A DNA stretch of 64,000 bases. Origin: Histomonas meleagridis 2922-C6/04-290x. Its lineage: Eukaryota > Protista > Parabasalia. The notes below the pieces were generated by a model. The model saw nothing but the letters and a program-made list of their open reading frames with translations. It ran no database searches and was not told where the DNA came from. Positions 45,627-56,439 of this stretch are shown here, one piece after another. Position numbers and translations under genes: made by a program. Position 1 is the stretch's first letter. Each line of letters begins with the position of its first letter. Location of the stretch: contig JAANOX010000026.1 of assembly GCA_020184695.1 (NCBI GenBank), positions 124,001 to 188,000 of the forward strand, read 5' to 3'.

Positions 45627-47889
45627 TTAATCATATGGAAATCTGTTGGTTCCATTTCCATTATTGAAAAAAAAATGGGATTGTGAATTGGATGCCCATT
45701 TTCTTATTCAGTAATTTTGCAATTTCATAATGAGAATTTGAAGATGCCAATTCCAATGCTGTTTGAAATAATTTGAATAAACATTAAATTTTTATATGAA
45801 AAATTAAAAATTTGGAATTGACCTGAAACAAAATGTATAAACAGTTTTAGCTTGTAAATCTATCCCTTTTTGATTAAGTAACAGTTTAACAATTTCTATA
45901 TAACCATATTTTGAAGCATGCATAAGTGCTGTAAAAAATCATTTTTACAAATTTCGAATAATATTTTGAAATCTCAAATTATTTAGGTAAATTCTAAATC
46001 AAAAAAAGAAAAGTCTTTACAATTAATATCAACATTTCCTTTTTCAATAAGTAATTTTACAATTTCAGGGTACCCTTTTAATGAAGCATATATCAGCGGT
46101 GTTCTAAATAAATTAAATATATTCCAAATTAGATTATAAAACCCAATATTATTAAAATATACATAAAATTATATATATTAATACCTTCTTGATTTAGATT
46201 TACACCTTCTTGATCAATTAATAATTTAATAATATCAATATGACCTTTTTGAATCGCTTGAGTAAGTACTGTTTGAAATATTATTAATAAATTTGAAATA
46301 AATTTTTGAAATTTGAAATTAACAAAAATGATCACATTTCTGACTAAGATTTATTCCTTCATGATCAAGAAGCAATTTAACAATTTCAATGTCACCATGT
46401 GTACATGCACAAAAAAGAGGTGTTTTAAAAATTTATAATATACAGAAAATCTTATTTTGAAATATTAAAATTATTATATAATCTTTAATTAAAACAATAA
46501 AATATTCTTAATATTAACATCAATGCCTTTTTGTTGAAGAAACACCTTAGCTATTTCAGTATAACCTTTATCAACTGCCAATAAAAGAGCTGTATTAAAC
46601 ATAAAAATGAAATTCCAAATAGTATTTTTATATTTTAAAAAATTATATAAAATATCATCTCTTAAATTAAGGTTATCTTTACTTCTTTTAAGAATATAAT
46701 TAATAAGTTCCAAATTTCCCGATTCGGTAGCATATAATAAAATATCTCTTGGCATTTTATTTTTTTCAAGAAAATGCCTTACCAAATATAAATTTCCCAT
46801 TCTAGCTGATTCATTAATAATAGTTTTACCTACATGCATACCTTCTTCTTCCAAAAACGAAAGAACATCATAATTACAATATTTACTACAAAATACTCCT
46901 AATTTTGCAAGTTTATAAGGTTTTGCATCAACTTGTACTAAAACTCCATCAATAAAATCATACAATGAATAGTTTTCTAAACTTAATTCTTCTAACTCAT
47001 TTTCATAAATAAAATGAAATATATCATTTTGATGAAACTTAATTGCAGTTTCAAATGCTCCTTTAAATGATGAATGTTTTTGTACGCATAAACGTATTAT
47101 TTCAATATTACCACCAGCTACAGCATATTTTCCAGTATGCGTTAAATCAGCATCATTGATCATTAAATACCGAAAACATTTAATTGATCCAAAAAATGCT
47201 GCATAATCAATTAAAGATATATTTTCTTCATTAATGAATGAATATTTCTCATAAAGCGCTGGCTCAATTTTTTGATTAAAATCAAAATCTGTTTGTGTTG
47301 CTTTTTCTTGAAGCTTTTCTATTTCATCATTTCGAATTATTTTAGCTATTTCTGATGGGTTTGTTCCTTCATTAATTAATATTTTATGAAGGTTCCAATC
47401 ATCTTTATGAAGTTCATCAATATTATCATTAAATATTTTTACTGATGGATCATTAGAATAACATTTACTTTTTGATCTTGTATTATAATGCACAAAATAT
47501 TTCTTGCCAATAGTTTTGGTTATACTGGAGCCTATGAAATTTTGTTTAATCATCTTTTCAATAAAGTAATATGAATCTTGTGTGTTATTTTTTAAAAGAA
47601 GCTGAGAGAAAATATCAATAATTTTAGTAATATTTTTTTTTTTTTCTTCTTCTTTCAATTGCAAAGATTTTAAATAACTTAAATATATATCAGCATCTCC
47701 ATTTCTTGAAATAAATGCAGAATAAATTAATAAACAAATTAAAAGATTGAATGAATAGGGATAATTTTGATCAAATAAATTTACTGTTTTTTCAACAGAA
47801 GATTCAATATTTTCATTGTTTAACATAAATATAATTTGTTTAACTTCAAAGAGTATTTGCATATTATTGTTTTCTTTTGTTTTCGCCAT
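45627..47889 (-). CDS. DUF3447-type ankyrin gene, locus E; intact N-terminal ORF plus 6 loop inserts
   Basis: ORF 46489-47889 reads through the first, 54-nt insert; further inserts of about 74, 55, 74, 74 and 74 nt. Confidence 0.83.
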
Positions 47890-48363
47890 TAAAAAATAAG
47901 ATGATATCGTTTACTAGTAAAAAATGATACTTTTCAAAACTTTACAGATAAAAGTTCATACTTAAGATTTCATGGAAAGCTCTTTCAGAGGTTAAAAAAA
48001 ATAACACATGCAATTTAAATTCACTAACATAGTAAAATGTGGAAAACATAAATAATTTTTTCTTATAAAATTAGATAGATGTTCTTAAAAAATATTTGGA
48101 GATAAGCTTTATTGCATTTGAAAACTTGTCAAGCAAGTTCAAAATTTAAAAAATGACAAAAAACATTTATGTTTTTTATTGGGATGAATCCCCTTTTTCA
48201 TCTAGCTACTACCCACAAATCTTATTTCGTTTACAGAAAAATAATTAACGATAACAAAGTTCTTAACTTTATTTTAAATAAATTTGAATGCGTAATTGGT
48301 TGGGGCCTGTAACATTTTTCAATGAGCACGACAGCAACCGTTTAATAACCTCCAAATATCAGC

Positions 48364-49239
48364 ATGCTTTCCGGGTTGTTCCGAAAAGATCCAATAATAA
48401 CAATTACTATCAATGGAAACAACGAACTTAAAGAAAAGTACGGTCATCTTCTCAAGGAAGATATCCCAATTTATGGCCAAAATGAGACAGTCACTGGAAA
48501 GCTCACTATTTCACCTCCAGGAAAATCTGTCCAACATAAAGGAATAAACCTTAGACTTTTTGGTGAATACAGAAACGAAAAAGGTGAGAGACTTTCAAGA
48601 TTCTATGAGAGAAGTCAATTTTTAACACCAGAAGGAACACTTTCACAAGAAATCAACACAGATTTTAAGTTTGACCACTTATCATATCCAACTGGCTCAT
48701 ATTATGGTGTTGGTGTTTCAGCTGTTTATGGAATTGAAGTAATTATTGTTCATCGAATTTCTGACTTCGTTGTTCAGAAGCCTTTTGCTGTTATGATCTT
48801 TGCTCCAAGGCCAGAACCCGTTTCAATTCACAATGAAGTTGGTATTCGAAATGTATTGCATATTGAATTTGTATTTCCACAAAACCAATACGACATCAAC
48901 GATTCCATTTCTGGTGCTGCTTTCTTTATTCTTGTCAAATTAAGGATAGTTTACATGTCAATTTCTGTTTATGTCAATGAAATTTTCGAAGATGCAAATA
49001 CTTATATTAAAAAGAGAACAGTTCTCAACACATACGAAATAATGGATGGATCTCCAGTTAGAGGTGACAATATTCCAATACGTATATTCCTCGGAAATAG
49101 CCACCTTTGGTCATTCAAAGGATACAGAGACTCACCACTCAAAGTTGAGCAATATCTTCGTGTCCAATTGATTGATGAAAATGGAAAAAGATACTTCAAA
49201 AGAATGAAGGTCACATTTGATCGGTTTGCTGATGAGTAA
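48364..49239 (+). CDS. VPS26: Retromer subunit Vps26
   Basis: Y...ETVTGKL...KSVQHKGI, SIHNEVGIRNVLHIEF, YEIMDGSPVRGDNIPIRIFL and LIDENGKRYFK motifs. Confidence 0.92.
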   Translation: MLSGLFRKDPIITITINGNNELKEKYGHLLKEDIPIYGQNETVTGKLTISPPGKSVQHKGINLRLFGEYRNEKGERLSRFYERSQFLTPEGTLSQEINTDFKFDHLSYPTGSYYGVGVSAVYGIEVIIVHRISDFVVQKPFAVMIFAPRPEPVSIHNEVGIRNVLHIEFVFPQNQYDINDSISGAAFFILVKLRIVYMSISVYVNEIFEDANTYIKKRTVLNTYEIMDGSPVRGDNIPIRIFLGNSHLWSFKGYRDSPLKVEQYLRVQLIDENGKRYFKRMKVTFDRFADE

Positions 49240-50563
49240 ACATCATTTACCTTAAACCATTTCATAGGTACTATTTACAGATGTTCTGATTAATTTTTGT
49301 TATTTGAGTTATTAAATAAGTATTTTTCCTTCAACGAAATCGTGAAGATTGTAATGCCGATAGAACTTTCAATATAACGATGCGAGTCTTTTATATGTAA
49401 AATGAGTTTTAAAATTTTAAAACCGTCAAAAATTGAATGCGATTGCACGTATCTCGAAAAATAGATTATCTTGAAAATAATGAATGACTTAAAAACACAA
49501 AATAACTAAAATTTAGATCATAATTTAAAATAATAATTGATTTAATGATAATTAATAAAGATATTTGAATTTAAAAATTATTAAAACCGTTTTGTTTCAA
49601 TGAAATTATTTCTGTCATCTTATTTCAATGAAAACAGATTCCTTTTTAGTGATGAAAAAATCGAAATTTTTTTTTAAAAAACATTCGGTTCGCACTGGTT
49701 CAGCTAGCCAATGCCCATTTGGGAAACTATCTAATAACAACCAGCTCACCTCATGTTTTTGATATTTTCTTCAAACTGAAATAAACATGTTCTGATAAAT
49801 TTTTTGATTTTTATCTATTCCCCATCATCACTTAAGTAAAAATCTGTTTTCAAATTAAAAAAAAAATATCCAGATCAAAATGGAAATTTCGAAATCAATT
49901 TTTTCAAAATATATATTTTTTATGTCCAACCTTATTGTATATTTTATAGATGGTAGTTCTTGAAATCTTCAGGATGATTTTTTTCATACAATTTTCTATG
50001 GATTTGGACTGCTGAATTTTTTTTATGCTTCATTCTTTTAGAGATGTTTCCCAAAAAAATAAATTGAATGATTTACAATGCAAATTGGTAAACTTTTTGT
50101 AATTTGAATATGCACGGTTTCTTAATTCAATATTTCAATGCATATAGAAATTTGTGTTATTCACATCATTTATTAATGTTCTTGGTCTAAAAATTCAAGA
50201 ATGATATAATATTAATAATAGAAAAGACAAAAAAGAATCACCATTGATAGACGCCTCACTACTCTTTATATCGGTATTCCTGAATTATAATATTATAAAT
50301 TGATCATTTTTGAATAAATAAAAATAAAACAGATAAAGATATCAACTAGAAACCTATAAATTCAAAGATACTATGCAATCGATATCTGATTCAACGATAG
50401 CTAAGAAAATTTAACAAGAACAATAATAAAATTAAATCAAATTCTGAAATAAAAAAAAATCAGAAGATATTTTTATTCACAAATATAAGAAATGAAAAGG
50501 CCTTTCTGAAATAATATTCTGTTTATGTCTATATTTTTATTAACATATATATTCCTTATTTTA

Positions 50564-51178
50564 TCAGCAATTACATTCATTCATATCTTTTTCTTCATAT
50601 TTTTCTTCTTCCTCAAGTTTCTGTAATGTTGTGTGAGCCTCAAATATATCTGTTGGTCGTTCAGCAATTTCTTTGGCAGCATATTGAAACAATTCTTGAA
50701 TACCATGCCCTGAAAGAGCGCTAATTTCCATAAAAATTGCATTTATTGCTTTTGCAAATTTCTCACCTTCATCTGTTGTTATTTTTCTTTGTTGTTCTAA
50801 ATCATTTTTATTCCCAACTAAAAAAAGAGACATTTTATCAACATCCTCAAAGCTTCTGAGGCTCTCATAGTAAAAGTGTGCATCTTTGAATGATATTGTA
50901 TCATTAATAGCATAAACAATTATTGCTACTTGGGCTCCTCGATAAAACATTGGCACGACTGACCTAAATTTTTCATCGCCAGCTGTGTCCCAAATTTTTA
51001 AACTTATTGTTTTATTGTCGATTTCAATTTTCATTTTTGTGAAATTCGAAACTAAAGTCGGAGAAACATTTTCTTCATAACAACCATGTAAAGCCCTATT
51101 TATGATACTTGTTTTGCCAACGGAAGCTGAACCAATTAATATCACCTTTGAATCATTGGAATGGTCGCATTGAAACAT
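50564..51178 (-). CDS. Rab-family GTPase (Rab5/21-like branch)
   Basis: GSASVGKT, WDTAGDE, PMFYRGA, GNKND, EISA, C-terminal CNC. Confidence 0.88.
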   Translation of the reverse strand: MFQCDHSNDSKVILIGSASVGKTSIINRALHGCYEENVSPTLVSNFTKMKIEIDNKTISLKIWDTAGDEKFRSVVPMFYRGAQVAIIVYAINDTISFKDAHFYYESLRSFEDVDKMSLFLVGNKNDLEQQRKITTDEGEKFAKAINAIFMEISALSGHGIQELFQYAAKEIAERPTDIFEAHTTLQKLEEEEKYEEKDMNECNC

Positions 51179-51520
51179 TGCGCGGCAACAGTTGGCCAGT
51201 CCACTTTTTGATTGCCATATTCAATTTTTTCATAGAAAATTGTCAACAAAAAACTGTTTTCTGTATAATTCCAATGATTTACATCACTTCACTGACCCAT
51301 CGTTTTTTGCACTGTACACGAATATGAAAATTTTATCTGCAAAACATGCATCATGTTTCAACATTCATATTATATAATATAATGTTTAATAAATTTTGTA
51401 TTTATTTTTATGATAATTCAACAAAAAAACTGTAAATCTTTAAGTTTATGTAATATTTCTTTTCATAAAAGATTTTTTAAAGAACATTTCATTTCTTTAT
51501 TGATATTTACATTTTTTTAT

Positions 51521-52987
51521 CTAATAATAAGCGCCAAGAACTGACAGCACGGCGTTCTCTATCAAAATCGAACCAGTTTCGACGAACACGTCACCGTTTT
51601 CCAACACTATTTTCACTTCATTATCACCATCGACGAACTCAAACTTACAAAATATTGCGTTTCCTTCTTTTCTTAATTGCGTTGCACCTTGTTCCATTAA
51701 TCTTAGTCCTATTTCATCTTCATCCGGCACATTTAATATTACGTCTGGCTTATACGAAGAAGGGATAATTCTTTCTCCTTCGAATTTCCCCGAGATCATT
51801 TTAATTCCTGCGACATCTTTAGTGTAATTACTTAGGACATTTCCATCCATCCAATAATGGATAAAATTACCTAAGTCTTGATACGCGGGATATTCTATTC
51901 TTTCTGTTAGCATGAATTCTTGCGTGGAATATATCTTCGGATTATATGGATTCGCTTTCATTTGCGTCAAAAACATTGTCATTTGTTCTCGATTACAATT
52001 AGATGAAAAGTTATCTAAACTAAATCGATCTAAAAAATAAAAACTAGGGTTTTTGATCTTTTGTAATTCAATGATTTGCCCAAATTCGCGTGTTGGATAT
52101 GGCGCAAAGATAATTTTGGATTCTGATGAAACACGTGCATCAACATTTTGATATATCGAAACATTTATGTCATGATCAGTGGAATTCGGACTTTGAAATG
52201 CTTTAATGGCATCGACTAAGCGTTCATAGATAAACGAAAAGACTACAAACTCATATGTGATCGAACGCTCATAACGTAAATATAACATAAGAAGATAAAG
52301 AGAATCATCAAAAAACGATGGTATGATGACTTTCTTTCGCTCGGATAAGAACTTGCTGACTTCACTGGAAATGAGTTCAAGTGATTCTTGAACTCCGTTA
52401 GTTGGATAAGATGAGGGAAGAACACAAATGGCATCAATACGAATGTCTGTGATAACACGTGGCGCTGGGAAAAAATATGGTGTGGGCCATAATCCCGTCA
52501 TTATGTACGCACCAAAACTAACAAGTTCAGGATCAACACCTTTGGTGAGAATCCAGTTGCTGTTGCCAATGCCAGTCCCATTAGGAACAGGTATAAAAGA
52601 GATATTACCAAATTGATAATGTTGATCAAAATGAAGTGGAATATAAGAATGATTAGTTGGCAATGGATCTCTTTTGTCATCCAGGAGGATTTGGAAATCA
52701 GTAAGAAAAGCTCGACCAATTCTGTAAACTGCTTCAGTACATAAAATGATTCCATTAAAATCAGGTAATGTTAAAAGTAAATCTGCAAGATACAAAGATC
52801 TAGGGTCACTTATTAGGACAATTTCTACTTCATCAATGTTGACATCTGCTAATTCATTTAAGAGCCATGGAACTTTCATTTTATAAGGATCTGGAACTTT
52901 TAATGATAAAACAAGAATTTTAGTTCCCATTAAAGCTATTTTTGCATATAGAGGAGAGTTGCATTCAACCACGAAGCAATTCTCCAT
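51521..52987 (-). CDS. Degenerate metallo-beta-lactamase/beta-CASP protein, INTS9- or CPSF100-like
   Basis: VEIVLISDP, ILCTEAVYRIG and PVPNGTGIGNSNWIL resemble INTS9 motifs; no HxHxDH. Confidence 0.5.
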   Translation of the reverse strand: MENCFVVECNSPLYAKIALMGTKILVLSLKVPDPYKMKVPWLLNELADVNIDEVEIVLISDPRSLYLADLLLTLPDFNGIILCTEAVYRIGRAFLTDFQILLDDKRDPLPTNHSYIPLHFDQHYQFGNISFIPVPNGTGIGNSNWILTKGVDPELVSFGAYIMTGLWPTPYFFPAPRVITDIRIDAICVLPSSYPTNGVQESLELISSEVSKFLSERKKVIIPSFFDDSLYLLMLYLRYERSITYEFVVFSFIYERLVDAIKAFQSPNSTDHDINVSIYQNVDARVSSESKIIFAPYPTREFGQIIELQKIKNPSFYFLDRFSLDNFSSNCNREQMTMFLTQMKANPYNPKIYSTQEFMLTERIEYPAYQDLGNFIHYWMDGNVLSNYTKDVAGIKMISGKFEGERIIPSSYKPDVILNVPDEDEIGLRLMEQGATQLRKEGNAIFCKFEFVDGDNEVKIVLENGDVFVETGSILIENAVLSVLGAYY

Positions 52988-53286
52988 TCCGTATCCTTTT
53001 TCTATCGTTATATTTTCAAATGTTTATTTATCACAAAGTCCAATAATGATTGAATTCTTTATTTTTCATTAAATAAAATTATCTTCTTTTCTATAAATTG
53101 TTTTTCTAATATTCTAGTTTTTAAATTAACAAGAACTATGTTTATAAAATAATATAGTAAAATTATTTAATATTTTGTTGTAATTATTGGAAAATTCTTC
53201 GTTTTGAATTATTAATAATTCAGTTCCCCTCAAATCCAACCTTCCAGATTCAATGTTTCTGTTGGAAGAATCTACAAAATCCACAG

Positions 53287-54024
53287 ATGTATGGATTATT
53301 TGAAGATGAAATGAATTCATACGACTTTAATGAAGCACGAGGTATCAATGAGCTTTTTCCAAAAGGACAAGAACGAGAAAGACATAATTCTTTTAATCAT
53401 TCATTTACACCTAAAGAAGTATTACCAATAAAACAAAGCCCACATAAAGAACCATCATGCAGAAAAATGAAATGGAGTGCAAATGAAGACATAATGTTAA
53501 AGAAAGCTGTTGAAATTCATGGTACAAAAAATTGGACAGCAGTTGCTTCACTTGTTTTAGGAAGGAACCCTAAACAATGTCGTGAACGGTGGACAACACA
53601 GATTGACCCAACGCTTCGAAAAAGCAATTGGACAGTACAAGAAGACAATCAATTACTTCTTCTTCAAAGAAGATTTGGAAATTATTGGACGAAGATATCA
53701 AAATTTCTTCCAGGCCGTTCATCCATATCGTGTAAAAATAGATACAATTGGCTTTCCAGTCATAAAGTCACAATTCCAAATTCACGACATGATTACATTC
53801 GATCACAACCAAACAGAAATTTTTTACCAATGCCATTGTTACCTCATAGTGAATCCTCATTTAATGGTTCAATGGACACAAGTAATTTGTCGAGTAATAG
53901 TGACTTTTCATTCGAATCTGGAAATAGCGATTTTTCGTTCGAATCGGAAAATGATGATTTGTGGGATATTACTTCGGATGAGCCTTTAATAGATGACGAT
54001 GATAGATTATATTCCTGGACATAA
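53287..54024 (+). CDS. R2R3 Myb-domain transcription factor
   Basis: KWSANED...NW...RNPKQCRERW and NWTVQED...GNYWTKISKFLPGRS...CKNRY. Confidence 0.93.
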   Translation: MYGLFEDEMNSYDFNEARGINELFPKGQERERHNSFNHSFTPKEVLPIKQSPHKEPSCRKMKWSANEDIMLKKAVEIHGTKNWTAVASLVLGRNPKQCRERWTTQIDPTLRKSNWTVQEDNQLLLLQRRFGNYWTKISKFLPGRSSISCKNRYNWLSSHKVTIPNSRHDYIRSQPNRNFLPMPLLPHSESSFNGSMDTSNLSSNSDFSFESGNSDFSFESENDDLWDITSDEPLIDDDDRLYSWT

Positions 54025-54058
54025 ATAATAGTAAAACTTTTTTAAAAAATTAGTATTA

Positions 54059-54565
54059 TTAAAATCTGCGATTTCCACGTCCGCCACGATTGCCGCCGCG
54101 ATTACCACCGCGTCCTCCACCACGGTTGCCTCCGCGATTCCCGCCACCTTTTTTGCCTCCACGGCCTCCTCCTCGTCGTGCATTTTGATCACTAAGGAAA
54201 AATGATTCTGGTCGAAGGCGATCAGCTGGTGCATAAATTTTGGAGCCTTCCTTAAGGGTATTTACAAATGAAGGATTAATTGGTTCCATGACAAATTGAA
54301 CTTTATCAAGTGGTCCAAAAACATCTTTGATTTCACCAACTTTGTTTTTCTTAGCATCATATAAAAAAGTTTTTGTGAATGGAACTGCACGGTCTTTTGT
54401 TGAAAGTTGGAAAATTGCATTTCCTTCACAAAGACCTACAAAGGTTCCACATTCTGCTGTTTGTACATTACTTTCGTCGCGGTTTCCTCCACGGTTTCCT
54501 GAGTTATTCCGATTTCCTCCTCGATTTGATTGATTTGAACCACCACGGTTCCCTCTACCCCTCAT
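54059..54565 (-). CDS. GAR1: H/ACA RNP subunit Gar1
   Basis: GAR (RGG) ends flanking a core with VGEIKDVFGP. Confidence 0.9.
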   Translation of the reverse strand: MRGRGNRGGSNQSNRGGNRNNSGNRGGNRDESNVQTAECGTFVGLCEGNAIFQLSTKDRAVPFTKTFLYDAKKNKVGEIKDVFGPLDKVQFVMEPINPSFVNTLKEGSKIYAPADRLRPESFFLSDQNARRGGGRGGKKGGGNRGGNRGGGRGGNRGGNRGGRGNRRF

Positions 54566-54991
54566 TTTAAAACCCAGACAAACCTTCTCAAATTACCAAT
54601 CGACCACTTCACAATAAACGGGTGCCATCTGAGAACGTTTATTGATAAACGAATCTTTATTCTTCAATTTCAGATAATGTAATCATATTTCCAATAATAT
54701 AAAATTATTTTTTTATTGAAATCATAGCTAAAACAGCATTATTAAATTTTGACAATCAAATTTATTTATGATTTCAAATTTCAATCTTGACTTTATAAAA
54801 TTAATTCTAATTTATAGAAAGACAACATTTTAAATCGATTGATATAGTAGTGTCTCTGTTAAAATATTAGTAAAATAATATATTTTAAGGAAAAAGATAA
54901 ATTTATTTTTAGTTCTAATTCGTTCAAAACGCCACTTTTAATAGAATATTGGTCTATGAAATTTTGAAAGTGTGTGGCTGGTTATGCAAAA

Positions 54992-56038
54992 ATGAAAGTA
55001 AGTCCACAACACAAAAACGCCATTTATGATATTAGTGGAAATGTCATTTACCCTTACTTATCGCCAGGTATTAACTTATACTCCAATAATGAATATTATC
55101 AAGTCCAGAGCTTTTTAGGAGCAGGTGCATTTGGGCAAGTGTATTCAGTCAAACAAAGAAGCACAGGTAAAGAATATGCTCTCAAGATTGGCCGCAATAC
55201 TCCAGGACAGTCTGATCAGTTACACAACGAAATCAACATATACTTTACTCTGAATCAATTTTTAAATAACGATGAGCTTGAATCTTTTTGTCACATCATT
55301 GACAGCTTTCAAGACTCAAATTACATTGTGATGATATTAGAAAAAATTGATTGCAGCCTTCTTGACTTTCTAGATAAACGTGGTTTTGTTGGTTTAACTT
55401 TAAACTATGTCCAACTTATTCTCCGTGGGCTTCTCCGTGCTGTTCGTCTTCTCCATAATCTCGAATTAATCCATACAGATATTAAACCAGAGAATATCAT
55501 GTTTCAAAAAGTCGATAACAGATCTCTTGTCAAGCTCATTGATTTTGGTGCTGTATGCAGGTCAGATTCTAACATTCCTATTTACACCCAAACACTTTTT
55601 TACAGGGCACCAGAAGTATTCCTACATCTTCCCAAAAACTACAAGATGGACATTTGGTCCATTGGTTGTGTACTTGCAGAGTGTTATCTTGGTCTACCTA
55701 TTTTTGCTGGTGGTTCTTCCCTTGAAGTAATGCGACTCATTGAAGAACGCATTGGATTATTTCCGCAAGAAATGATTCGTATGTCTCCTCGCCGCGCCGA
55801 GTACTTCAATGGCAACAGAGTCAAACAGCCTGGCGAAGGGGAGAAAAGGGATAAACAATTTGATTATAAATTTCGAACGTTGAGGGAGAACGTTTATTTT
55901 CAAAAGTATCCAAATGAATGCCAAGAAGAGAAAGATGAATTCTTCGATCTTCTTAGGGGAATGTTGGCCATTGACCCTGAAGAAAGATTTACCATTGAGC
56001 AAATTGAGAATCATCCTTTCACAATTCGGCAGATGTGA
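54992..56038 (+). CDS. CMGC protein kinase, DYRK/Yak1-like
   Basis: GAGAFG, ALK, HTDIKPEN, DFG, QTLFYRAPE and DIWSIGC motifs. First ATG at 54992. Confidence 0.9.
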   Translation: MKVSPQHKNAIYDISGNVIYPYLSPGINLYSNNEYYQVQSFLGAGAFGQVYSVKQRSTGKEYALKIGRNTPGQSDQLHNEINIYFTLNQFLNNDELESFCHIIDSFQDSNYIVMILEKIDCSLLDFLDKRGFVGLTLNYVQLILRGLLRAVRLLHNLELIHTDIKPENIMFQKVDNRSLVKLIDFGAVCRSDSNIPIYTQTLFYRAPEVFLHLPKNYKMDIWSIGCVLAECYLGLPIFAGGSSLEVMRLIEERIGLFPQEMIRMSPRRAEYFNGNRVKQPGEGEKRDKQFDYKFRTLRENVYFQKYPNECQEEKDEFFDLLRGMLAIDPEERFTIEQIENHPFTIRQM

Positions 56039-56439
56039 TCTTTTGTTTGTGTTTTTGTTTGTATAAAATAAAAATATAAAATGTGTTTTTAATATAACTA
56101 TTCGCTGTGCTCGTTGTGTCTTTTGTTCTTTGGCTCAACTTTTGTCAACTCATGAAAAATCTGGTTGTCGCTTGAGTAATGAATTACATTGCTTCGTTTC
56201 CAGATTTATTTTTCATAATGTTTTCAATAATTTTGTAATCTTCTAATTGCTTACATTATTCATTGAATTACTTAGATCTTTAAATATATTCTTGTGTGCA
56301 AAAATATTTGAGCTTTAACGTGAATGCGAAATGTAACTTAAAATATGAAATATTTTTGTGAAATTAGTAATGATATTCTTTCTCTCATATGAATATAATG
56401 TGTGATAAAAAACAATGAACACATGATGTATTATTTATT

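Noticed and set aside
6816-46653. Canonical GT-AG or U12 AT-AC introns as the explanation for the inserts
   Set aside because: GT at leader position 9-10 is common but not universal. The only nearby AG (ACA-G) is absent in Thr-Pro repeats and gives the wrong frame. AT..AC joins are also out of frame, and one repeat has Ser instead of Thr.
49680-50300. Slightly GC-richer patches between Vps26 and the Rab
   Set aside because: All frames are interrupted and no structure or homology is recognisable.
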